Positions 1 to 9,175 of a stretch of DNA of 58,582 bases are shown one piece after another. The notes beneath the pieces were generated by a model that saw nothing but the letters and a program-made list of their open reading frames with translations, searched no databases and was not told where the DNA came from. A program made the position numbers and the translations under genes. Position 1 is the stretch's first letter; each line of letters starts with the position of its first letter. Source of the stretch: a virus. Its lineage: Duplodnaviria; Caudoviricetes. The DNA is taken from the IMG/VR virus record IMGVR_UViG_3300032828_000001, positions 1 to 58,582 of that record; one strand, written 5' to 3'.

Positions 1-99
1 CGAGGGGGCGGTGTTGAGGCTCCCGACCCCATTGGAATCGCCGTAGACGACGGTGGCGCCCGCCATCTGGAGGGTGCCGGGGGCGTTGACGGTGACGCC
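1..99. repeat. Copy of 57194-57292 joined to 58456 sequence (deletion-allele junction of tail fibre)
   Basis: 1-99 identical to 57194-57292; first mismatch at 100 (G vs C at 57293); 84-99 shared by both copies. Confidence 0.9.
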
Positions 100-210
100 G
101 GCCTTGCCGATCGCGATCGACGTTGCGTTCGTCCCACCGATCGTGAGCGCGCCCGCCGCCGCCGTGTCGTGATTCGGCGAGTAGAAATAGTTCACCGCCG
201 CGAGCGTGTT
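84..210. repeat. 127-nt direct repeat identical to contig end 58456-58582 (circular assembly overlap)
   Basis: Exact match by inspection; reading frame of 56633..58567 continues into 211-480. Confidence 0.95.
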
Positions 211-480
211 CGCGTGCAGCGTTCCCGCGTTGTCGAGCCAGGCGTATTCGGCACCGCCAATCTGGAACGAGATCTTCGTTCCTTCGGTCTCGACCACTAG
301 GAAAGTGTTCGTTCCGTCATACGTGATCCCGGTCGTCGTCGTCGGCGCGGTGAGTGACGTGGTGGTCTTCTGCGCGTAGAAGCCGCCCCCGACGAGCACC
401 TCCGGCGTCTGGTAGTTCGTCGGCTGCGCGTACTCGTAGGTCGCGTTGTGAACGAGCGGAAAAACCGGAACGAGCGCCAC
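211..480 (-). CDS. N-terminal part of long tail fibre (continues across circular junction to 56633; about 739 aa total)
   Basis: GTG at 480 gives MALVPVFPLVHNATYEYAQ...AAVNYFYSPNHD, in frame with ORF 56633..58567. Confidence 0.85.
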
Positions 481-496
481 GGCTTCGAGCCCCGCC

Positions 497-2242
497 CTAC
501 GGCGTCATCCCGTAGTCCTGTATCGACACGAGCAGATCGGTTGCATTCACCGCGACACCGAGCTGGATCGTGCGCGAGCGCGATGCGAGCGTGGTCGGGT
601 TGTTCGTGAGCGCACCCGCGGTGCCGAGGAAGATCTGCTGGCCGTAGGTCCAGCTTGAACCGACGCCCGCCAGGATCCCATCGCGCTGCGCGTACCCGCC
701 CGCGCCTTGTGAAATTGCCGCCGACGCGAGCCCGACCACGATCGACTTCACAGCCGAGGACGGGTCGGCGACGAGCGCGGTGTTGTTGGCGCTGAGATAA
801 AGCGGGTTCCCCTTGGCGAGCCCGCCCGTACCGGCCGTGATAGGCACGAGGACCGCCGACGACGACGCCGCGGCAAGGTTCGCGTGCGTGTGGAGCGCGC
901 TCGCGTCGGTCGCGCTTCCCGCGGTGAGCGTCCCGAGGTTTGCGGCGGTGACGTTCGCCGAGGTCGCGACGCCCCCGATCTGCCACGTTCCGGCGGCCGG
1001 CACACCCAGCACCGACAACCCCGCCCCGGCCGTAACGGCCAGGGTCGAGCCGTTGAGCTTCGCGCAGACGCCGTTCGCGTTCAGCGCCAGCCCGCCCGTG
1101 GTGGTGGCGTCGATGAGGACCGCGAGTGCGTTCCCCGATAGCGTGAGGCCCGGGGTCCCCGCGAGGGCGAGGCCGATCCCGGACGCCCCGGCGGTGATGC
1201 CGCGCGCGGGGTCGTACTTCACGTCGACATAGGTGCTTGTGAACGCGAGCCCAGGGTTCGTGCCGGCGAGCGTGAGGCCAACGCCCGAACCCGAGACGTT
1301 CACGCCCTGTGCGGTGTTGGGCGCGACCGAGATGGTGCTCGCACCGACCGCGATCCCGTTCCCGGCGCCGATGGCGAGGCCGGACGTGGTGTTCAGGCCC
1401 GAGCTCGCCGCGAGGGAGATCGCGACCCCGCCCGCACCGACCGCGATCCCCGCACCCGCGGTGACCGAGACGCCGCCCGATGCGACGGTGATCCCGCCGT
1501 TCGTGAGCGGCTGGACCGCGATCGATGCGCCGACCGCGATGCCGTTCCCGGCCACGGCCGACATGACGTTGCCGGCGAGCGACAGACCGTTTCCGGCGCT
1601 CACCTGCGAGGTCGAGCTGAACTGCGTCCAGGTCTGCGACGTCGTCCCGACCGTGATCGGGTTCGGCGTCGTGAGGATCCAGCCCGTTCCCGCGTTGGCC
1701 GTACCCTGAGTGACGAAGCAGGCATCGCCCGAGAAGACCTCGCCCGCGACCGCGTCCGAGGTGAGCGTCATCGCGCTGGCCGCGCCGTTGAACGCATAGA
1801 TCCCGTTTTGCGAGGCCGTGCTTTGATTCTTCAGCAACACCCGGTCGCCGTTACTGAGCGTCACGCCGTCGATCGCGGTCCCAGGCCCCGAGATGGTGAC
1901 GTTCGCGGTGGAAGCTGCGCGCACCGCGGCTTTCCACGTGAAGCCGGCGATGGCGGCGTCGACGTAACTTTTGTTCGCCGCGTCGGTCGCCCCTGTCGGC
2001 GTCGCGAGCGCCGTGATCCGGTACCCGCCGCAATCCTGCGCTACCCCCGTCCCATCGCCCGTGACGAGGTAGAGTTTCCGGACGTTCGTGACGTCGTTCG
2101 TGTTGACGTTGATGGCGGTGCCGCTATTCGCCGCCTGCGCGATGGTTATCGAATTGAACCGAACGTCATCGGTGTCTTCCGACGAGTCGAGAAACGACGT
2201 GGTCGACGAAAGCGACTGAAAGAGAAAGCGCCGTAATGCCAC
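497..2242 (-). CDS. Gly/Ala/Thr-rich fibre-like virion protein
   Basis: DAANKSYVD and IDGVTLSNGDRVLLKNQ...NGIY fibre motifs, AGNGI repeats; located among tail genes. Confidence 0.75.
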   Translation of the reverse strand: MALRRFLFQSLSSTTSFLDSSEDTDDVRFNSITIAQAANSGTAINVNTNDVTNVRKLYLVTGDGTGVAQDCGGYRITALATPTGATDAANKSYVDAAIAGFTWKAAVRAASTANVTISGPGTAIDGVTLSNGDRVLLKNQSTASQNGIYAFNGAASAMTLTSDAVAGEVFSGDACFVTQGTANAGTGWILTTPNPITVGTTSQTWTQFSSTSQVSAGNGLSLAGNVMSAVAGNGIAVGASIAVQPLTNGGITVASGGVSVTAGAGIAVGAGGVAISLAASSGLNTTSGLAIGAGNGIAVGASTISVAPNTAQGVNVSGSGVGLTLAGTNPGLAFTSTYVDVKYDPARGITAGASGIGLALAGTPGLTLSGNALAVLIDATTTGGLALNANGVCAKLNGSTLAVTAGAGLSVLGVPAAGTWQIGGVATSANVTAANLGTLTAGSATDASALHTHANLAAASSSAVLVPITAGTGGLAKGNPLYLSANNTALVADPSSAVKSIVVGLASAAISQGAGGYAQRDGILAGVGSSWTYGQQIFLGTAGALTNNPTTLASRSRTIQLGVAVNATDLLVSIQDYGMTP

Positions 2243-2245
2243 GGC

Positions 2246-2656
2246 CTACCCCCCCGGCCGCGGCGCGGGCCGCTTGTGAAGGACGCCGGTCTCGTCGTCG
2301 AACGAATATTCCCTCAGGTCCACGCCGAGGTCGGTTCCGATCTTGGCGATGAGATCCTGGTAGGTCTTCTCGGCCGCCTTCTGCTCCGCCTGCAAGGCTT
2401 TGATCTTGTCGTTCGCCTCGCGCGCCTGCGCGTTCTCCTGCATCCACTGCTGAAAAAGCGCGTTCAAAGCCCCGCTCGCGACGACGAGCTCCATCCGCGC
2501 CGCGCGCTCCTTTTCGATGGCGCGCGTCAAGCGCAAGAGGTCGAGCTCGTTTATCCGGAGGAGCTCGAGCGGGGGCGGCGGCTCAAGGGTTCCGTTCCGC
2601 GACTCGAACCCCGCGTCATGTAGCGTATCGTGTAAGGGCGTCAGATGCTTTTCCAT
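2246..2656 (-). CDS. Coiled-coil hypothetical protein (possible fibre chaperone)
   Basis: ATG at 2656 (MEKHL); heptad-like segment; tight gene packing. Confidence 0.6.
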   Translation of the reverse strand: MEKHLTPLHDTLHDAGFESRNGTLEPPPPLELLRINELDLLRLTRAIEKERAARMELVVASGALNALFQQWMQENAQAREANDKIKALQAEQKAAEKTYQDLIAKIGTDLGVDLREYSFDDETGVLHKRPAPRPGG

Positions 2657-2667
2657 GGTGCGTGCTC

Positions 2668-3258
2668 CTAACCGGGTTCGGCGCGGACACATGAGAGCTG
2701 CATGGATGGCAAGAGGAGCAGCGTCGCGTTATCGGTCGCGAACCCGATCGGTTGGATGTAGACCGGCACCCCCGGTGCGAGTAGGGCCGGCGGGCCCGAG
2801 CACGGCCGCCCGTTCGTCCCTACGAAGACCATTGCACCCTGCGTGAGTGCGTAGATGCCGGACACCACGCCGCCGAACTGCACCATGGCGCTTGTCGTGG
2901 TGGGTTTCTGCACGGCGCATCCGACGCACGGGAGGTGCGTGATATCGGTCGCGTTTGCCTGCACCGCCTGCCCGCCGACGACCGCGACGAGGTCGCCGAC
3001 GTTTAAGCTGGTAGCGCACGCGAGGGTGACGATCGGCGCGGTGGTGATGATGCCGCCGCTGTCGAGCGGCGCATCGGCCGCGATCTCGTCCGAAATCGCC
3101 TTCGCGATGGCGTAGCAGAGCGATTGCACCGAGGCGAGCCCGCTTCCACTGAGCGGAGAAATGAGCCCGTTACGCGAAGTGTCGTTCGTCCAGTCGCCGA
3201 AGATCCGACCGGAGAAACCCGACGTGCAGTCTGTCGCGCCTGGCGAGGGAAGCGGCAT
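2668..3258 (-). CDS. Putative virion structural protein (cement/DUF2190-like C-terminus)
   Basis: LNVGDLVAVVGG...CVGCAV...VFVGTNG pattern, similar to C-terminus of 497..2242. Confidence 0.55.
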   Translation of the reverse strand: MPLPSPGATDCTSGFSGRIFGDWTNDTSRNGLISPLSGSGLASVQSLCYAIAKAISDEIAADAPLDSGGIITTAPIVTLACATSLNVGDLVAVVGGQAVQANATDITHLPCVGCAVQKPTTTSAMVQFGGVVSGIYALTQGAMVFVGTNGRPCSGPPALLAPGVPVYIQPIGFATDNATLLLLPSMQLSCVRAEPG

Positions 3259-3259
3259 G

Positions 3260-3937
3260 TTACGGCACCTTCACGTTTTGTGACCCGGCACCGACGGCGA
3301 TGGTATCGGTGGTGAGCGGCTGCATGGCGGGGGATACCGTCACCGAGGCGGGCGAGATCGCGAACGGCCCCGCCGTGCCGACGATCTTGTGAAAGTGCCC
3401 GGCGGTGACGCTACCCTCCTTCGCGACCGGGGTCGAGCCGCCGTTGAAGATGGCGTCCTCGGTTGTGATCTTGATCTGCATGCCCTCATCCGCACCAACC
3501 GTCATCCCGTCCGAGGCTTGCCCCTGCCACGCGTGCGCAAAATCTCGGAGGCCCGGTATCGCAATGGCGTCGGACATTGCGTGCTGGCGCGGGTCGATGG
3601 GGTCAACCTCGCCGCCGCTTGCGAGCCAGACGTCGAGTGAACGGTCGGCGAAGACGAGCAAGACGGTATCCCCGGCCGCGACCGGGAACGTGATCCGCAT
3701 CCCGCCCGCGCCGGGCCAGACGATGGGTACGTTCGTGACCACCGGGAACGAGATCGGTGTCAGGGTTCCGTCGCCGAGGTCGACGTTGTCCTTCGTGAGC
3801 GGCTGCGCGTCGATGAGCCCCTGGGTGAGGTCGACGCGTTCGACGCGCGCCGGGAGCGCGACGTGGAGATCCGCGAGCGCCTCCTGATTGGCGCGGCGGA
3901 TTACGGATGCCAGGGTGGGAACGAGCGGCTCGGCCAC
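3260..3937 (-). CDS. Baseplate central spike (Gp138/gpV-like)
   Basis: LHVALPARVE, NVPIVWP, PVAAGDTVLLVFADRSLDVW, HAMSDAIAIPG; His-x-His near C-terminus. Confidence 0.85.
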   Translation of the reverse strand: MAEPLVPTLASVIRRANQEALADLHVALPARVERVDLTQGLIDAQPLTKDNVDLGDGTLTPISFPVVTNVPIVWPGAGGMRITFPVAAGDTVLLVFADRSLDVWLASGGEVDPIDPRQHAMSDAIAIPGLRDFAHAWQGQASDGMTVGADEGMQIKITTEDAIFNGGSTPVAKEGSVTAGHFHKIVGTAGPFAISPASVTVSPAMQPLTTDTIAVGAGSQNVKVP

Positions 3938-3968
3938 CCATCCTACCTATCGCGTCCCGCCCGGGTGG

Positions 3969-4211
3969 CTACAGGCCCCGGGACCTCTTGAAGGCCGCGA
4001 ACCACGCCTCGCGCTCGGCATCGCGCTTGGGGTCCGGTTCGTACTCGAGCGGCTCCCCGCAGTCGAAAACAAAGAGGCCGGGCAGGGTCACCTCGTGTTC
4101 GTCCTTCTCATACCCGAGCGCGAGGCCGAGCGGGTGGAGGATCTCGCGGTTGATCTTGTAAATGAGCCCCGCCTCATGGAGTAGCTTTGCCCCGTTCGGC
4201 ACCCGTTGCAT
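3969..4211 (-). CDS. Small conserved phage protein (INREILHPLGLAL), moron within tail operon
   Basis: ATG 4211 preceded by GCGATAGG motif; 80 aa. Confidence 0.65.
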   Translation of the reverse strand: MQRVPNGAKLLHEAGLIYKINREILHPLGLALGYEKDEHEVTLPGLFVFDCGEPLEYEPDPKRDAEREAWFAAFKRSRGL

Positions 4212-4233
4212 TCCCGCTCCTATCGCGCACGCA

Positions 4234-5091
4234 TCACCACGGCAGCATGTCCACTTCCGAGTACCAGTCCCCGCCGTCGAGCTGCCCGGAATGGACCACG
4301 CGCTCGCAGCGATAGTTCCCGGAGACCGAAACCGATTGCAGGATGATGGCGCGGCCGGGGCGGATCGTCGGGTCAAGCAGGCAGCGCACCCGGAGGTAGC
4401 TCGGCTTACCCTCCTTTTGGGGTTTCCCGTGGTCGGGCGAGCCGATCATTCCCGTTGCGGCAGAGATGACGCGGGCGCCCTCTTTCAGGACCATCCCCGC
4501 CGCCATGAGTTGCAGCGCGCCGTCTTGGATCGACCAATCGATCTGGGCCGCCTTGGTCACGCGGTCGAGCTCCCGAACCGTGCGGCCGTGTGCGGCGTAG
4601 CCTTGCCGGTAGGTGGAGATGGCCGGCGTGATCGCTTCGCGGCGAAGCTGGTTCACGGCGTTAGTGGCCGAGAGCCCGAGATCGGCCGCGAGGACCTCGA
4701 GGACCGTCTCGAGCCGCGTGCCCGCCTTCCACGAGTGGGCGCTGTGACAAGACTGGTAATTGTACTCGCCGTCACCGCCGCATATCCGCGTCACCCAGTC
4801 GGCGCCGTCCTTCGTGTGGTCGATCGTGCGCGCGGTGCCCATCCATACGAGCTTCGTGTCGCCCGTATACCCGGCGTAAAGTACCACGACCGACTTCGGG
4901 GCGTTCGGGTGCTGCGTCACGTCGACGGCCCCGATGAGGTTCCGCGACGCGTCCGAGAGATTGTACGCCTCGATCTCCGTCTTGTTCGGTTCCGAGTCGA
5001 GCCCCTTCGTCACGTGGAACCGAAAGTGCAGCCCCTTGAAAGCGGTGCCGCCGATCTGCACCCACCCGTCGCGTAGCCATTGCCGGCTCAT
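4234..5091 (-). CDS. Baseplate hub protein
   Basis: IEAYNLS, LYAGY, WSIQDGALQ, TGMIGSP, CLLDPTIRPG motifs. Confidence 0.85.
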   Translation of the reverse strand: MSRQWLRDGWVQIGGTAFKGLHFRFHVTKGLDSEPNKTEIEAYNLSDASRNLIGAVDVTQHPNAPKSVVVLYAGYTGDTKLVWMGTARTIDHTKDGADWVTRICGGDGEYNYQSCHSAHSWKAGTRLETVLEVLAADLGLSATNAVNQLRREAITPAISTYRQGYAAHGRTVRELDRVTKAAQIDWSIQDGALQLMAAGMVLKEGARVISAATGMIGSPDHGKPQKEGKPSYLRVRCLLDPTIRPGRAIILQSVSVSGNYRCERVVHSGQLDGGDWYSEVDMLPW

Positions 5092-5414
5092 GGCCCGGTC
5101 GATTCCACATAGGTGAGGAGCACTCGGCCGCCGAGGTCATCGTACCCGGCGTCGAGGTTTTGCCCCGACGTGTCGACGGCGAAGATGAACCCGGGCGGCA
5201 AGGCGGGATCGACGCCGCGTCCGAGCAGGTTCGCGCCGAGCACCACCTTGCGCCCGGCGACGAGCATGTTTTCGCTGCCGTCGTAGCACGATAGGAACCA
5301 ATACCCGACGCGGAAATTGAAGTAGAGCTCGATGCGGTACCAGGCGTTCTCCAGCTGCACCTGGAAATCGTAGGACGCCGAGCTGTTATCGACCGGAAGT
5401 ATGAGCGTCGCCAT
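5088..5414 (-). CDS. Baseplate plug protein (Pam3 gp18/DUF6983-like)
   Basis: FQVQL, FNFR..WFL, DDLG.RV.L.Y motifs; position between Dit-like gene and hub. Confidence 0.7.
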   Translation of the reverse strand: MATLILPVDNSSASYDFQVQLENAWYRIELYFNFRVGYWFLSCYDGSENMLVAGRKVVLGANLLGRGVDPALPPGFIFAVDTSGQNLDAGYDDLGGRVLLTYVESTGP

Positions 5415-5417
5415 GGC

Positions 5418-6125
5418 TCATCCCGCGGACACGGGCGCGGCGGGCTCAACCGGCGGTACCGGTTTCGGGGCGAAGATGCCTTTGACGAGCTCGGTGGCCC
5501 AGTTTCTAATCGAGACGACAATCGAACGCTTTGGGTCGGGCGGCGTGGCGGTGATCGTCCCTTGCAGCCCCTTGCTCTTTTTCCCGGTCTTGCCGTTCTT
5601 CACGTTGGGTATGGCGGCGGTCTGGCTATCGACGATCGTCACCTGCTTTAGCGCGGCGGTGAACCGCACCGCGTCACCCGTGTCGGCCGCGCGCGGGAAT
5701 TCGAGCGATTCGATCACCATGTCCGGGTACACATCCGTCCAGACGTTGGTCTGCCCGGCGGGCGCGATCCCAGTCGTGACGTCGATCGTCGTGCGGCTCG
5801 AGAACATCAGCCGCAATTGGTCGATGGCGGTTCGCGATCGGGTCGGATCGGGCTCCGTCCCCACCCGCGCATCGATCGTGATGAGCGGGTCGTCGAAGTA
5901 GTCCTGCGCGTAACTGCTATCGCCCGCCGGCAGCGGCGTCTCGGTCACGACGCCCTCGAGGCGCACCGCGAGGGGGCGCAGGAGCACGTTGTCGGAAACG
6001 ACCCCGCCCGATTCGATCGGGTGCTCGGTCACCTGCGCGGTGTTGGTTTCCCCGAACGTCACCGCGGCATCGAGCACCAGGGTGACGACGGCCGCACCGT
6101 TAGTCCAAGCGATCTGCGTGCTCAT
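5418..6125 (-). CDS. Dit-like baseplate/tube initiator protein
   Basis: LDAAV..E...VTEHPIESG..VSDN motif; follows tape measure. Confidence 0.8.
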   Translation of the reverse strand: MSTQIAWTNGAAVVTLVLDAAVTFGETNTAQVTEHPIESGGVVSDNVLLRPLAVRLEGVVTETPLPAGDSSYAQDYFDDPLITIDARVGTEPDPTRSRTAIDQLRLMFSSRTTIDVTTGIAPAGQTNVWTDVYPDMVIESLEFPRAADTGDAVRFTAALKQVTIVDSQTAAIPNVKNGKTGKKSKGLQGTITATPPDPKRSIVVSIRNWATELVKGIFAPKPVPPVEPAAPVSAG

Positions 6126-7825
6126 TTGACGACCGCCGCGAATGCCGCCCCTGTATCCTCGCCCTGTAGCCGCCGGATCTGGTCCAGGAAGTTGTCCGGG
6201 TCCGGGGTCACGATGTTACCGAACGTCATGTTGATGGTCCGGTTGTCACTTGTCGTCGTCGCGACGCTGGGGGTGGGAACCACCGTGGTCGGCGGGGCGA
6301 GAAACCCGGTCAAGTGCTGGATCGCGGGCGCGGCCGGCAGACCTTCGGGGGCGCTAGCAGCAACCGCCCCCGGCGCGACTGCGGGTGCGCCGCCCTTCCC
6401 AAACTCGCGCTGCAAGGCGGCGTAGTCTCCGGCCCGCGCCAGCTCCGTGAAGCGGGCGTTTTTGGCCAGTTCCCACTGCCGCTCCATCTGCCCAGGTCCA
6501 CCCGCCCCGGCTGCCTCGAACGCCTTTCCCATGGCGCCTTGGTCGGCCTTTTGCTCGGCGAAAAACTTCTCGTGCTCGCCCGCAAGCAAGTGATCGAGCT
6601 GCTCCCGCACGTCCAAAAAGTCTACGATCGCCTTGGTCGCAACCTTGAGCCCCTTCACGAACGCGCTATCGGCAGCGTTGACCTTCAGTAGATTTTGGAA
6701 TGTGCCGAGCCAGTTTCCCAGCAGTGTCTCGCGATCGCCCGTGATCCACCCGTACAGTTCCTCCATTCCCAGCACGACGAGGGCGATCCCGGCAATCACG
6801 GCAAGGCCCCACAGGAACGTCGATGCGGCGGCCGTAACCTGCGCGGCGGTGATGGCGCGGAGCGTGGTAAGCCACGCCCCGGCCTTTGCCACGGCGCCCG
6901 CGATGGCGAGGCCGAGTTGCGAGACGAGTACCAGCGAAAGCGCGGTCGCCGCGGCTTCCCATAGCCACGTCTGGCTGACGATCGCGCCCACCGCTTTCGT
7001 GAGCGGTTCCAGCGTGGCCTTCGCCCGCTTCCATGCCGCGATGAGCCGATCCACCCATTCGGTGACCTTCGTGCGCACGAGGTCCCGGTTTTTCTCGATC
7101 CACTCGGCGAGCGCCTTCTTTTGTTCGGCCACAACGTGGAGCAGCGGCACGCCGATCGCACGCTGCAACACCTCGAGTGACAGCGTCAGATCCATCGACG
7201 CGCGCTTGTAGTCCCGCGCGGCCTTGACGTCCTCATCCGCGAAGACCATCCCCGTCTTGTGTGCCTCTTCGCGGAGTGCTTTGAGTGCGGTTGACCCCTT
7301 GTTCAGCATCGGGAGCATTTCCGTCCCGAGTGCTCGGCCGAAGATCTTTGTTGCCAGGGCGATTTTTTCGTTACCCTCAGGCATCGCTGCGAACCGGTCG
7401 GCGAGCGCTACCAGCACCTCGTCGGCCGACGAGGCCCCGCGCTTGATGTGAACCCCCATTGCCGAAAACGCCTTGGCCGTGTCGCCGCTCCCTTTACCCG
7501 CGGCGTACATGGTGAGGTTGAGGTGCTTCAACCCCTGCTCGAACGCTTCCGCCGAAGTGCCCGAATGATGGGCGGCGAAGGCGAGCTCCTCGTAAGCCTC
7601 GCGCGTCACGCCGGTGCGCTGCGCCGCCTTGTTCGCCTCGACCGCGGCATTCGCCGTCTCGTCGACGATGTGCGCGAGCCCCTTCGCCGCTGCACCCGCC
7701 GCGAATGCGACGCCGAGTCCTATAAGAGCGTGCTTGAGGCCGCCGAGCAGCTCATCGGCGTGCTTGAACCCGGTCTCGTCGGTCTTGAGGCCGAGGGTGG
7801 CGAAGAGCTCGCGAACGACTGCCAT
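6122..7825 (-). CDS. Tape measure protein (short, 567 aa)
   Basis: VVRELFATLG start, Ala-rich helices, IFGR motif, TM-like segments; follows chaperone. Confidence 0.85.
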   Translation of the reverse strand: MAVVRELFATLGLKTDETGFKHADELLGGLKHALIGLGVAFAAGAAAKGLAHIVDETANAAVEANKAAQRTGVTREAYEELAFAAHHSGTSAEAFEQGLKHLNLTMYAAGKGSGDTAKAFSAMGVHIKRGASSADEVLVALADRFAAMPEGNEKIALATKIFGRALGTEMLPMLNKGSTALKALREEAHKTGMVFADEDVKAARDYKRASMDLTLSLEVLQRAIGVPLLHVVAEQKKALAEWIEKNRDLVRTKVTEWVDRLIAAWKRAKATLEPLTKAVGAIVSQTWLWEAAATALSLVLVSQLGLAIAGAVAKAGAWLTTLRAITAAQVTAAASTFLWGLAVIAGIALVVLGMEELYGWITGDRETLLGNWLGTFQNLLKVNAADSAFVKGLKVATKAIVDFLDVREQLDHLLAGEHEKFFAEQKADQGAMGKAFEAAGAGGPGQMERQWELAKNARFTELARAGDYAALQREFGKGGAPAVAPGAVAASAPEGLPAAPAIQHLTGFLAPPTTVVPTPSVATTTSDNRTINMTFGNIVTPDPDNFLDQIRRLQGEDTGAAFAAVVK

Positions 7826-7827
7826 TT

Positions 7828-8060
7828 TTATCTAGCCTTGGCCCTTTCGAGTGCTTCCGCCTGCGCCTCGGCGACCGCGTCGAGGACGTCGTTCGCGTCG
7901 AACACGTCCGCGAGTGTCCAGGCCCGGTCGATCTCCTCTAGTGTTGCGCACCGGGCCTCGACGAGGCGCCAGACGGGCCATTCGGGGGCGAGATGGTCGA
8001 GGTCGCGGAGTGCGACGGCGCCCCCGCCCGCGCGCCGATTGCGGCGAGGGCGAACCCAAA
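7828..8060 (-). CDS. Tail chaperone extension (gpT-like, -1 frame)
   Basis: PVWRLVEARCATLEEIDRAWTLADVFDANDVLD in -1 frame overlapping chaperone end; no own RBS/start evident. Confidence 0.6.
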
Positions 8061-8450
8061 ACTTGAGTAGTTGACTTTCAGTGCTTCCCACATGAGCTCG
8101 ACCGCGGCCGGAAGCCGCCCCACGAAGTGGAGATCGAATATGGGCATCACGGGGGTAAGCCGCTCGTTTTGCCGGACCTGCACCGTCGAAAAAAGCTCCG
8201 CCATGATCGCGTCTTGATCGTCCGGGGTGAGCTCCCGGAAAAGCGAGCGAACCGCCATGCCCAGCGCCGCGGCGTCGATGTCGTCGACGCTTTGCACGCC
8301 GCCCGCGGACAAGAGCGAGATGAGCCCCGGGCCCCCCGCGCGTGCGACGCGGTTGCCCAGTTTCAAGGCCCGGCGCGGTGGCAACGGCACGACGTGATAG
8401 GTCGCGCCGTCGATCTCGACCACCACCGGTTCCGCGCTCCGATCCGCCAT
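7938..8450 (-). CDS. Tail assembly chaperone
   Basis: VEIDGATY, FDLHFVG, ALKVNY motifs; between tube and tape measure. Confidence 0.8.
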   Translation of the reverse strand: MADRSAEPVVVEIDGATYHVVPLPPRRALKLGNRVARAGGPGLISLLSAGGVQSVDDIDAAALGMAVRSLFRELTPDDQDAIMAELFSTVQVRQNERLTPVMPIFDLHFVGRLPAAVELMWEALKVNYSSFGFALAAIGARAGAPSHSATSTISPPNGPSGASSRPGAQH

Positions 8451-8475
8451 CGCTCACCCCCGGTGTGCTGTTGCG

Positions 8476-8904
8476 CTACGTGAGGAGCAGCCCGCCCACG
8501 AACATGGTGAGGTTTCCGGTCTCGATCGTCCATACGGTGTTCGAGAGATCCTTGCCGAGCTCCGATTCCGCCATCTTTCGCACCCAGCTCTTCGCCGCAA
8601 CGTGAACGGTGGTCCCGTTGAGGTCCTTCACGAACGTCGGCACGACCCCGATGCCCGATGCTTCGTCCGAGAGTGCGAGCGCGGAAAGGCCGTCGTTCGA
8701 CGGCGAGCTGCGTTTCAAGGTGATCTCGAACGTCCCCGCCTGGTTTCGCGACCGCACGCGGGTCGCCTCGCCGTCGGCGCCCACCACCACCTTGAAGGTG
8801 TCTTCCGATCGGGTCACCTTCACAAAGGTCCCGTCGGCGTAGTCGACGATCGGCACCGGACCGACGGTGATGATGATCTGCCCCGGGTCGTGTGTCGCCA
8901 GCAT
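8476..8904 (-). CDS. Tail tube protein (DUF3277-like)
   Basis: HDP..I, VGADGE, GTFEITL..SSPSN..L, VKDLNG. Confidence 0.85.
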   Translation of the reverse strand: MLATHDPGQIIITVGPVPIVDYADGTFVKVTRSEDTFKVVVGADGEATRVRSRNQAGTFEITLKRSSPSNDGLSALALSDEASGIGVVPTFVKDLNGTTVHVAAKSWVRKMAESELGKDLSNTVWTIETGNLTMFVGGLLLT

Positions 8905-8921
8905 GTGCGCTCCCTACCCGG

Positions 8922-9164
8922 TTAGCCCCGGGTCTTCGTGCGGGCGTCCTTGGGAAGCCCGAGGCTAGGATACTTCGCGTGAACGGCGCGCCGAACCTCT
9001 GCTTCCACCGCGGGGCTCGCGTGCTGCGCCGCGCGCGCGAGGGCGTTGCGCGCGTGCGCGATGTCCGGGATGGGGAACGTCCGGTTTGGCCCGGCGAAGG
9101 TCTTGTCATGCAGCCGGTTCCGCTCGTCGCTCGAGAGTTCGTCGTCGCTCTTCGGCTTTCCCAT
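8922..9164 (-). CDS. Small DUF6582-like protein
   Basis: ERNRL..KTFAGPNRTFPIPDIAHARNALARAAQ motif. Confidence 0.7.
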   Translation of the reverse strand: MGKPKSDDELSSDERNRLHDKTFAGPNRTFPIPDIAHARNALARAAQHASPAVEAEVRRAVHAKYPSLGLPKDARTKTRG

Positions 9165-9175
9165 TCGCGCGCTCC

